A DNA stretch of 64,000 nucleotides from Sporopachydermia quercuum (lineage: Eukaryota): positions 810,138-874,137 of the forward strand of contig BCGN01000004.1 in the NCBI GenBank assembly GCA_001599295.1. Reading direction: 5' to 3'. Shown piece after piece: positions 11,401-21,873 of this stretch; position 1 is the stretch's first letter; each line of letters starts with the position of its first letter. A program made the translations under genes and the position numbers. The notes beneath the pieces are model-generated. The model worked only from the letters and a program-made list of their open reading frames with translations. It ran no database searches and was not told where the DNA came from.

Positions 11401-12505
11401 CACAAGAAGTTCTATCAAATGCTCCCGTAAAGCCGCTTGGTTTATAACTTTCTGAATACAAATCATCTTGTGCAGAGGTAGTCGTTTCTTTGGTTTGTTC
11501 ATCATACGTGCTTTTGGACCATCATACTTTTGATATTACGGACGTAGCTTTTTTCTGTTACAGTATGTTTCACTGGACTGGTATCAGAAGCTACTTGTTT
11601 TGTTCGCTTTGGTTTCGACTCACCATAGTAACTCCACATATCATCATCATCATCTATCTACATTATCTACAGCAGGTGCAATAACAGTTCTACTATCACT
11701 ATTCTCACTCGAGCTGTTCTTTGTACTATCTGTTTTCTCATTTGAATTCTTGTTATGTCCATTCACTGTTAAACTAGTGTGATTGTTTCTACCTCTCTCA
11801 ACATAGGATTCTTCCTCATCGCTGTTTCCGTTGTCGGAATCAGATGAATGGTATTCTAAGTTTATGCTGATGTCTGGTTCTCTTTCATCATATTTTCTTT
11901 TCTTGGTTTTTCTATTCTTCCTGAATTTATTATAAACTCCATTGCTGTTTATGTTATATTTATTTGAAGCATTCTGCATTTCATTCCCATCATTCTTATC
12001 AGTTCTATCATTGCAGCTGTTGTTACGCTCTAATGATCGACAAGGAAGTTATTCAACAGATTCTGCCCAAGAGCTCACTTCTTTATTCTTGTCACTATCC
12101 CCACTTTTCGAATTTGCCTGGGCTGAGCCCAAAACATCATCGTTACTTGTCAATTGCCGATTCTTTGCATCTTCGACAGTAACAGGCTTACTACCTAATC
12201 TTTCTATACCCAATTTTCGGATTTTATTTCCAAAAATATCAACATAATCATCGCTCTCGTCTTCGCCATCATGATTATAATGATAACTATCAATTATTTA
12301 TACTATCCTGAGACACGGAGAGTTCATTACTCCCTCTATTCACATCAAACTTCCTATTCAAACTGCCAAATTGCCCTTCACTATTATCATTAACTTCTTG
12401 ATTCAATGAGAAGGATGCTTCTTCGTCTAATCCTATAGCAGCATCATCTCCATCGGATGGATCAGCCCGTTTAGACCTGAATAACTGTAGAAACTTCCCC
12501 AGCAT
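8407..12505 (-). pseudogene. Disabled gene for a large (~1350 codon) low-complexity protein with a C-terminal DUF2458-like domain
   Basis: ORF fragments 12290-12511, 11650-11979, 9581-11134 and 8742-9311 join into one continuous acidic, N/S-rich reading. It crosses about 5 frameshifts (~12292, ~11655, ~11510, ~9581, ~8860) and in-frame stops at 12049-51, 11351-53, 11246-48, 9339-41, 8593-95 and 8488-90. The C-terminal IKTFE.AVDYI..RLINRQQFQEKKW...LKKLGIPLF...RRKLIEYF resembles the fungal DUF2458 pattern as I recall it. Confidence 0.7.
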
Positions 12506-13496
12506 CCCCACATATCATTACTTGAGCCGTATGTACTTTTGTTAAACACAGATAAGCCTTCACTACAATGATCAATCAACAAACCAAACCAACCCAAAGT
12601 CAATGGTGCAAGCCTATCCAGTGTGACTACTTATTTCTGTACTATCAATTGATTGGAGACAGTTATGTTCGTTGATTGCTTGTAAAATCTGTGTATCTAT
12701 ATGTGTTTATCTTTCCGTTGATTCATTATACAAACAGAATTATTTCTAGCCTTCGGCTGATTTCTGGATCTGGTTTTGCGGTATCTACAAACGGTACAAT
12801 CAGCTGAAAAAGGATTAAGTATTTAGANGTGCGTTTCCATTTTGTTCCATGAAGGATAATTGATACAATAAAAGACTATTAATAATAAGGAAATTTGAAA
12901 TACGGACCATAAAGGCAGATAATGTTAAAACTAGAAACACCAAGTATCAGTAGAGTAATTAAAGATATCGCACAGCTGAAAACGCCATTGATTAAAATAA
13001 TGAAATTGAAGTTAGTGTCAAACAAGTAAGATGAGACGTGAAATATAATATACCCAGACCCCCCCCCCCAAACTGAGAAGAGGGGGTATTGAAAAGATAC
13101 CTTGGGGTACGTCGTTTGATTGAAACAGGATGGAATGGAAAGAATGTATGGTAGTTAAAAGAAAGACGAGACCTTAATGCAATAATGGAAATGAAACGGA
13201 ATTGTCAGCCGCACTTTCTGTTTCTTATTGATTTAAAAATCGCTTGTGGTCTATAGGTTCAGTGACTTCGAGGAAAAGGGTAGTAAAAAGGTAAATACCA
13301 ACCAGTGCTTGGGATGAACATAAAATTAGAATATGACTTGGACATACTACATATTACCCAATGGATTAGAGCAGAAAGTGCTATATATAAATTACATGAT
13401 TGTTGCTATTCTACTTCATCTTTTGAAATTCTATACAAGTATGATGCATAATTGTAGTTAGTAAAGAGGCACATGAAGTTTATAAAACCAACTGAA

Positions 13497-14807
13497 CTAA
13501 GATATTCTTATAGTATAATCATCACCACTTTGAGTAATATATCTAACCCATGGGAAACTTTGATATTGAAGTTTTGGTTCATTGATTCTCAAATAGCGCA
13601 CTTGTAATCCTGAGGTTGTGAAATAGGGAATTTCGAAATTAACACTAATTGGTCTCTTTGCTTTGTTATAATCAGGATCATCAGAGACCTGAACTGATGG
13701 TAATCCTAAAGAAGCAAACATGGAATATTCTTTACCTCCACCAAAACTCTTGAATTTCCACTGAATTACTGATTTTTCAGGAATCCAGGAAAGCGAGCCA
13801 CCCGATGATTTGAACTTTGGTGAATCTGCATCGGGAGGAACAGGAATAAAGATTTCAACATTATTTGCAGTGGATCTTTTCTTGATTTGAGCTTTCACAA
13901 CAGCATTAATTTCAATTCTAGAGTTAGAGAACTTGTTAACCCTACAATCAACATATATCAACGGTTTAACGGGCGCTGTTAATCTGTAACTCATCAATTC
14001 AAATTCACCATCTGGAGGTATAAACGTTATTATTTTTTCAGTTTCAAACTTTGACAAGCGAACACATTGATGAAATTTAACGTCTTCCATTTCGATGCCT
14101 CGTCTTTGACTTGGATTTGTTCCATCACCGTTTACTCCAGATCCTCCACCAAAGAGGCCTCGATCATTGAGACCTAACCTCAAATCAGGCATACCAGATA
14201 AATGAGATTTGACTTTGATTTTACCAAAAATCTCGCTTCTTAAAACTTGACCAGTAGAGTTAATTAACATATTAACCGATTCCACAACATCTAAAAATGC
14301 CTCGTTCTTCTTGTAGCTTATTCCTTCCGATCTCCATGAAACTGCATTTGTAACTGCAACTGGCGGTCTTACTTCAACCTCCAAAGCATGAGATTCTTGA
14401 GTGATATATTCCTTTAGAATCTTAGTATCCGTAGTTTGAGGATGACCATAATCCATCATTTCATCCAAAAGTTCGTATATTATCACGAAATTATCTCTAA
14501 TTGATTCTTCTTGTAATTCTTTGAAGTACTCCGTTAATACTTCAACAATTCTATGCAAAAACAACAGTATCTCAATAGCATTGTTGTTGTTCTTTGATAA
14601 TGCCAACAGATACAAATTATTATGTGTAATGTAGAGATAATTCACACCTTCATGTGATATAACGGGAGGAACTGCTGATGATTCTTCTTCTGCTTCTAGT
14701 AACAACATCGGAAACTTTTCAACTGCATTTGTAGGGATATCACCTTTATAATTCCTAGAAAGCAATGATTTACCTTTCAAATCTAGTATATGAATTGCGG
14801 AAGCCAT
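13497..14807 (-). CDS. APM1: AP-1 clathrin adaptor mu1 subunit
   Basis: MASAIHILDLKGK..LSRNYKGD, IRDNFVIIYELLDEMMD, KFHQCVRL, FIPPDGEFELMSYR and YFTTSGLQVRYLRI. Confidence 0.95.
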   Translation of the reverse strand: MASAIHILDLKGKSLLSRNYKGDIPTNAVEKFPMLLLEAEEESSAVPPVISHEGVNYLYITHNNLYLLALSKNNNNAIEILLFLHRIVEVLTEYFKELQEESIRDNFVIIYELLDEMMDYGHPQTTDTKILKEYITQESHALEVEVRPPVAVTNAVSWRSEGISYKKNEAFLDVVESVNMLINSTGQVLRSEIFGKIKVKSHLSGMPDLRLGLNDRGLFGGGSGVNGDGTNPSQRRGIEMEDVKFHQCVRLSKFETEKIITFIPPDGEFELMSYRLTAPVKPLIYVDCRVNKFSNSRIEINAVVKAQIKKRSTANNVEIFIPVPPDADSPKFKSSGGSLSWIPEKSVIQWKFKSFGGGKEYSMFASLGLPSVQVSDDPDYNKAKRPISVNFEIPYFTTSGLQVRYLRINEPKLQYQSFPWVRYITQSGDDYTIRIS

Positions 14808-14827
14808 TTTAGCTGATATTTTTCCCG

Positions 14828-14858
14828 TTATTATTTTATTATTATTATTATTATTATT
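14828..14858. repeat. Imperfect (TTA)n microsatellite just upstream of APM1
   Basis: ttattattttattattattattattattatt. Confidence 0.7.
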
Positions 14859-15589
14859 TTCCTTATCCGTTATTACTCTATTGCCCTGATGATTTTGATA
14901 GTATCTTTATCTTCGCTCTTTNTGCTTGATAGTAATCCAGATTCTTGGCCCAACACGTCTCTATCTTCGTTGTGCTCTTACTACGCATACATCACTTTCA
15001 AGAGTATGATCCAACTCAACTAGTCATTGAAGTCCCAATCCACAGCTCTATCTCCAGATCAGCTTCTCCTATTCAAATATAACTGTCCTGCTTTCAGTTT
15101 GCCAGGNCAATTTTGGTAACGTTACTAAAATCAACCTGCCGCTTAAGTATTGTTTATGAGTAGTAAATAGCACTCAATTAATGAAACTATCTCCCGTTCT
15201 CCAAAGTGAGCAATGCACCCGGACACCGCGATGAAAGAGATATAATTCAGGGGGCATTGATGAAGACATAATATAATGAGATCTGTCAGAATATTATCAT
15301 AGATGACATAATCAAATAATAAGAATACAGGTTTTATGCATACACTGCATGATATTGCATANCACTAGGACAGAAATTTTTTTTATGGCTGAAATCTCTA
15401 TTTTGAAGTAGTAATCAACCAGTCGGTTTATCTACCGATTATTATAAGAACATTTTGAATAGCTATGAAATTAAATAGAAGAATCTGAATTGGTAAGGAA
15501 TTGTCTGAAATATTGTATAGAACTTTCACGTTGTCAATAGTTTCTTTAGGAGATTTCGGTTAAAAGAGTTAAGGGACTCAATAGTAAAG

Positions 15590-16241
15590 ATGGTGACAGT
15601 AAGAAAGAGAAGAAAGCTCAAGTCCGCGAGTAACAGAGTGACTCGTAGAACTAAAGATAAATATAAGAAGTCAAGGGTCTTTGGAAATGCAGTTATTGCA
15701 GTGAATTGGGATCCTAAGTTAACGATGTCTCAGAAGTAAGTATAATGATAGGATAGATGACTTCCTTGACATGCTTGTTATAGTCTTACATACTAACATT
15801 GTCATTAATAGCTATAAGAAAATGGGACTAAAAGTGAAGCTAGGAAAACCTACAGGAGGTACGGAAGAACAGCTAAAAGAGGAAGTAAAAGAAGAACCCA
15901 GTCGTATTAAGTCGGGAAAGATTATCAGAGATGAAGACGGGAATGTGGCGAGGATAGAGTATCAGGATGAAAATGAGAGCGACAGCCAAGAAGACGGAAA
16001 CAGCAGCGAGGAAGAAAAGACAGAAGTTGTGAAACAATTAGAGGAAATTGCCGCTAATGTTGTTACTAAACCCCGTGTTCAAAGTGAAAGAGAACAGGAT
16101 TGGATCAAGAGATTAGTTGATAAACATGGCGATGATTATGAAAAGATGTTTTGGGATAAGAAGCTCAATATTTACCAGCAATCAGTAGGGGATTTGAAAN
16201 GGCGGGTTATCAAATGGAAAAAGGCCCATAAATTGTTATAG
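15590..16241 (+). CDS. NOP16: Ribosome biogenesis protein Nop16, 2 exons: 15590-15735, 15812-16241
   Basis: Spliced MVTVRKRRK...NWDPKLTMSQNYKKMGL; C-terminal LVDKHGDDYEKMFWDKKLNIYQQS. The intron is GTAAGT..TACTAAC..TAG. Confidence 0.93.
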
Positions 16242-16497
16242 TTGTTGTAATACTTTTTTTTTAATGAAAACATAAATATTTAGATCAAGTTACTGATAGG
16301 TAGAGATATGGCATCATTCACGCAACCATCATATCCTTGTCGACCGTGAAGAACTTCCAGATAGAATAGAAATTATGGAAACAAATAGCTTATGGAATTA
16401 AGAGCTGGATAACTGCAGGATCTTTGATTTTAATTTGACTAATAAGTGGTTATGAAATTAAGTGACGGACGAACTGACAATATTAATGGCAAGACTG

Positions 16498-18045
16498 TCA
16501 ATTGACTTCACAGAACGCTCTATATCCAATTAACTTGCCAGTAGTCTTAAGATCTATTTTAGTATTAGCACCAATGAAAAACGTTTGTCCTTCTTCCATT
16601 TTGAAGGATTTGTTTCCATCAACATCCTTGATTTCACCTTCACCATTTGTAATCACCAAAATACTTGGACCTTTTATTCCTTCAATAGTTGCTTCTTCAT
16701 TATTCAATATGCTTAGTAAAACAGAGAACTCTTCAATAGGAGGATCATAAAGCCTGTGAATACCGCCTTTCGCACGAGGGAACTCTTGTTCAGGCATTTT
16801 CTGATCTGATACAGGATTGTAATCATAGGTAAGCATTTCAACCAAATTTTCTACATCCTTAAACTTCGGGGTAAATCCAGCTCTTACTACATTATCTGAA
16901 GCTGCCATACATTCAATTATGTCACCTTTAATGTAGGCGTGTGGAACATTGGCTTGGAGGAACATAGCCTCTCCAGCGCCTAAATGAACATAGTTCAACA
17001 TTAAGCATCCACAGAATAAGCCAATATCATTAGGAAATTGTGAATTAAGTCTTAGAATAAGGGGTGAAAGGTGTTGACCTCCCAAAGAGATTGAAGTCGA
17101 TTCTGCTCGCCTAACCAGCTTAGCACTCAAAGTGGAAATTTGATCCGATCCGGCGGTCATAACTTTATGAAATAAGTTTTGTAGAGCTTCTTTATTCTTT
17201 TTTATATCTGACGAGTCTTTCGAAGATAGCCTAGAAGCTACCGTAGCAATAAATGAGTCAGCAACCTCTTGTGTAACAAGCTCACTGAATTCGGGAATTG
17301 TTGATAGACCTTCTACCAATTCTGCTAAAGGTCTGAATCCGCAAAATCCTTCAAAATCAGTTACTGCTATAGCCATTTCTGGCTTATGATTATCATCAGG
17401 ATAGTGTTTTGGATCATTAGCATGCAAACGACAAGCACGGACTTTGTCTGGATGAGCTTGAATTGATAAGACTTTCTCAATAGACAACACCTTAAACAAA
17501 AATGGGATGTCAACGTTGGCGAATTTTTCAACTATAGACGAATCTAGAAGATTTTGATGGGCTTGGACGACGCTTAGTAATGAGGAATTGTCATCTATCT
17601 TTGCAGGGACTTTGGGATGTGTGCCCATCCAAAGCTGATAATAGGTCATGTTAGATCAGAAATAATGGGCAGGTGCCAGTTCACAACAGTTAGTTCCAAG
17701 CTTTCAAAACTTTCATTGTCTTAAACCGGACTACTTACCTCAGCGTATGGAGAGGACTCATCTATAACTAATGAAGGGTTATCAGCTTTCGCAAACCTAG
17801 CAACTGCGGATTGAGACCCTATTTTACCCCAGTCATAACACTGATAACCTATAACATCCATGTGCTGTTAGTAGCATATCAATCAACATGCAAAAGGTCA
17901 GAAACCGGTATACTGAAGCCCTCATTATAGTTTCAATTCTTCAGTCAATTGGCTATTATTGCATCGCCTATTAGGGAATTCAACACTTTCTTGNTATACA
18001 GATAACAAACAACAACATACCGCAATGAATTCGAAACACGCTCAT
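16498..18045 (-). CDS. PMI40: Mannose-6-phosphate isomerase, 3 exons: 18045-18021, 17848-17739, 17634-16498
   Basis: Spliced MSVFRIHCGYQCYDWGKIG...PYAELWMGTHPK; also LSIQAHPDK, YPDDNHKPEMAIA and ECMAASDNVVRAGFTPK. Introns are GTATGT..TAG and GTAAGT..CAG, in phase. Confidence 0.95.
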
Positions 18046-18671
18046 TTTACTGTGTGAACTACTTCTGTTCAGCTTCCGATTCAATTACTTCTGATTGATT
18101 GATAGTTTCCGAAAACTCAGTTGATATTCAACAAAAAAGAATAGTGCATCCGACTTAAAATCAAAACATCCACTACAAGATATTCATTTAGTCTTCAACT
18201 CATCCAACCCTCGCTTTGAATATAAAAGAAACGTGAAGTACAACGATCACATATTCACTCCTCTTAGAGTTAGAGATGTCAAGTTACTGACATGTGTTAG
18301 ATCTAGAAGAGTTTCGAAGAGCTACGCGTTTTACTGACAAACTTTATATGTTCTAGGTTTCTTTGGCTGGAACCTAAGCCACAAACATCAAAAGTTTAAT
18401 GATTTTCTATGGTCTGAGATGAGACAGGATGTCAAATTCTATGGAAGAACAACTAAATTGATAGAAGAGTGAGTGCGATTCTACAGATGATAATATTGGG
18501 AACCGAATAGTATGGAGAGCTGTTTACGGGCAAATCGCAGATTGTGATTGATCGGTCCAGCATCCGACAGGGTATTAATAAAAATCTTTGGTAGAGAAAG
18601 ATTGACAAAAATGAATGTTTAATGGTAGTATAGATAAGATATCTGTATACTTGAATGATGTTGTTTGAAGA

Positions 18672-19428
18672 ATGAGTTGGATTATTACAGTAAGTAAAAT
18701 AGAGAGCATGTTTAACTGTTGGGAAACAAGATTCGTAGTATGAGGGAAGGGAAATACTAATTATCACTATTGCTTTGAAAGGAATCAAAAACACGCATAT
18801 CCAAACTTGCAGTGATATCTAATGCTAAGAATATCAATGTTGGACCAAAGGTTTGTATAATTGGGAATGATGATAGGGAATAATGTTGGCTGACAGATGT
18901 ACATTTACTGATTCTGATTACAGTGCACAATATGTCCTGAAACAAAGTTAACAGTTGATAAACTGATAATGGGTTCATATGTCTATATAGACGAGGGTGT
19001 TTCTATCTATAAGTAAGTACTTGAAGCTACAGAAAGCATTCGATGGTTCTGGAATTGATCGTCATGTGCTAACATGAAACTTTCCTTCATGAAGAACTGT
19101 AAAGCTAGGATCTTATGTGTCGATTGGACAGAATGTGAGAATTGAAGATTCCACTATAGGTTCATATGTTCAAATTGACCCAGGTTATAAAATTGGTGAG
19201 GGTAGTCGAATAGGCGACTGTACGATAATTAAATGCGATGTTGACCCTGGGGCTATAATACCTGGTTTCTCTATTCTAAGGAAGGCTGATAATAGTGAAA
19301 ATGAAAAGGAGGTTGAGATTATTGAATTACCTGAAGGTATACGAGATGTGATAGAAACAAGGACNCGAAAATTATATGCTGGAATCAAGTTAGATGAATT
19401 CAATGATTCTATGGAAAGCTTTTATTAA
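18672..19428 (+). CDS. Dynactin p25 (DCTN5)-like left-handed beta-helix protein, 4 exons: 18672-18689, 18782-18850, 18924-19012, 19095-19428; ~169 aa
   Basis: Spliced MSWIITESKTRISKLAVISNAKNINVGPKCTIC...IGSYVQI..IGEGSRIGDC...IPGFS...ELPEG follows the p25 layout (YIET.SGNKVSR...QNI...IGSYVH.G...ELPE). All three introns are in phase. Confidence 0.75.
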
Positions 19429-20176
19429 ATAGTCCTCCGAATCAACAGAACATGTTCCTATATTGGTCTCTCCTACTGGAATGGACTACATTACTTGGAT
19501 TATAGTACCCATACTACTTGATGAGAATTGGTTTCTTTACAGCCACATTGTTACTCATACTTTTCCCGTTTTGCAAGTTTTGATGGCCGTTATCAGACAT
19601 TGTTAGGGCAATTGACTTTCTACTTTCTATGAATTCTCATGTGTGCTTTTTTACGACAATCAACAAGTTCAAACAGCGGTCTGATTGTTACGCTACATGT
19701 ATATTGAAGCACTAACATTCTGACCAAAGCGCAGCCCGTCTTTTTAGGAGGACCATGTATAGTTAAATAATGAGACCTATGCCATATATGTAAACGTTTT
19801 TGAAGGCGTAATATAATTCTAATTTTTTATTTAATAGAATCGTTCCGTAGAAAACTATACTCATCAGCTCAAAATATCTTTGATCGCTGTACTTATGAAA
19901 ACCATTTCATTTCAATGATACCTCATCTCTCCTTTCCGAGTCATGAACATGGTGTCTCATCGGCTCTTAGACTTACCCTGTAAATGTTTACTATCCACTT
20001 AGAAGGGAAGTCAGCTAATGTGAAAACTGTCAACATAACATTTCTATTGTTTACACCGTATACTGATTATGACACATTGGATTAGAAGTTTCAATTGATG
20101 AATATATTAATTCAAGTTCTACTTTACAGAAGACTAATTGATTTGCGTTTGATTTAACTACAGCTTTTTATTCAGG

Positions 20177-21084
20177 ATGTCTGGTAAGTGATGGTAATAG
20201 AAATAAGAAAGAAAACATGTTGAAAGTTGCGGAATGGAGCGGGTCATACCTTGAATTGTAATGGCCTTTTACCATTTCAGAAGAATCAAGTTTGCTCTTC
20301 TTGCACCTCTAGCAACTTTTTCAAATATGATTACTAACTGATTGCTATTTAGTTGATTTCGATGGCCTTGCCAGTAAGTGATAGTAATTTGCTTCAACAC
20401 CTGAACATTTGTCTTCTTTCATGAGTAGATAGTTGAAAGAGTACAACAATGACCGATGATCTAACTATACCCTTATAGCCCAATTCTGTGATTTCTATTA
20501 CAATCAATTTGATACCGATAGATCACAGCTAGGATCTCTTTACGTACGTTCCGTTTGTTGAGTTGAAAACATAACTCTATTTATCTACGCTATAGATACT
20601 AACCAGTTGCTAACAGAGAGATCAATCTATGCTTACCTTTGAAACCAGTCAAGTCCAAGGTGCTCAAGCTATTGTTGAGAAGCTTACTGTAAGTTGAATA
20701 TAAGATGTCGGAATCCGAACAAATAATTCAAATTCTAAGATTTCCAACCACCGAAAGTGCATTATTAACATGTAATGTATAGTCTCTTCCTTTCCAAAAG
20801 GTGAAACACAGATACTCCACTCTTGACGCCCAACCCGCTTCTCCTAATGGAGATGTTCTGGTTATGGTTACAGGTGAATTATTGGTAAGTCAAAAGTAAA
20901 AAATAAAAAATAGCAGAAACAACACTAAAGCTTCCAATGATTTGAAGGTTTTCAGTTTCACTAACACTATTGCCAGATTGATGAAGAGCAAAACCCTCAA
21001 AGATTCACTCAAGTGTTCCATTTGATTCCTGATGGAAGCAGTTACTATGTTTTTAACGATATTTTCAGATTAGTTTACGCTTAA
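20177..21084 (+). CDS. NTF2: Nuclear transport factor 2, 6 exons: 20177-20183, 20353-20373, 20479-20543, 20617-20688, 20783-20884, 20977-21084; 124 aa
   Basis: Spliced [124 protein letters not shown]. Five GT-AG introns have branch points and consistent phase. Not in the ORF track. Confidence 0.95.
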
Positions 21085-21873
21085 TTCTGGGTAGTTCAAA
21101 TGGCAATTGCATATACCTGGATAAAGCATATTTTATGTTGTTCTAATAAAGAGCTTGTTTAATCTTACAACCTACCAAATATAATCGTAACAATTATACC
21201 CCATCTGAATACATGTGACTCCTCTTTCTTTTCTTCCTTCCAATTACTATATTTTTTACTTTCAAGCCAGTCAATTTTCAATTATGAAATAAACGGATGC
21301 CTGCAAAGGCAGTTCATGCTAATATTTATTTACATCAATTAGATACATTTATTCTTAATTTAAAGGATGAATATCTTGCTCTCTTTGGATGAAGTTATAG
21401 TCCTGACAACGACTTACGTTGTCTACTTATGCTATATGTCAAACATTTTATTTTTTTTTTAAATAATAGATCATTTAAGTTCCAGTTAATGGCATTATAA
21501 CTCCGATAAGCTCGTGCTTTATGTAATAATTCCCATCTTCTTTCCTTCATGTCAATACTTCATTATATTCAGATCTTGCGACTTTACCCCTCATGTATCG
21601 TAGCACTCGTAATAAGACGCGCTACTTTAGTCTTTCGTCTTTCCCCCTGCAACAATTCCGATGAACCAATATTACTCAATTGATAGGAATGCTGTTTCTT
21701 GAGCACATTAGATAAAGGAGAAGCTATATTTGGTGGTATTTAAAATAATATCAATACTTTCTGATTTTAAACTATATATGTAGTTATTACTGTTGCGACT
21801 ATTAGATTGATAACAAGAATTGGGAATAAGCTTGAAAGGGTCAGTTATAAAAGGTAAAAGCAAGTAAAGAAGA

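Noticed and set aside
10729..11505. 258-aa ORF and other hydrophobic ORFs overlapping the pseudogene (e.g. 9832-10254)
   Set aside because: They are alternative-frame shadows of GAT/AAT-rich coding sequence with no recognisable motifs.
8407..12505. Stop-codon reassignment, readthrough or A-to-I stop repair explaining the broken gene
   Set aside because: All three stop types occur together with several frameshifts, and neighbouring genes use TAA, TAG and TGA as normal terminators. The one intron candidate I tested (~11527-11203) is out of phase.
13059..13110. C-run/G-run hairpin downstream of APM1
   Set aside because: Short homopolymer pairing with no recognisable RNA family or second copy.
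18270..18360. Two TACTGAC..TAG acceptor-like signals upstream of the p25 ATG
   Set aside because: No convincing donor or coding exon; they cannot be told from chance without RNA data.
19430..20170. Scattered splice-like and snoRNA-like motifs between p25 and NTF2
   Set aside because: I could not assemble a consistent exon chain or C/D box pair.
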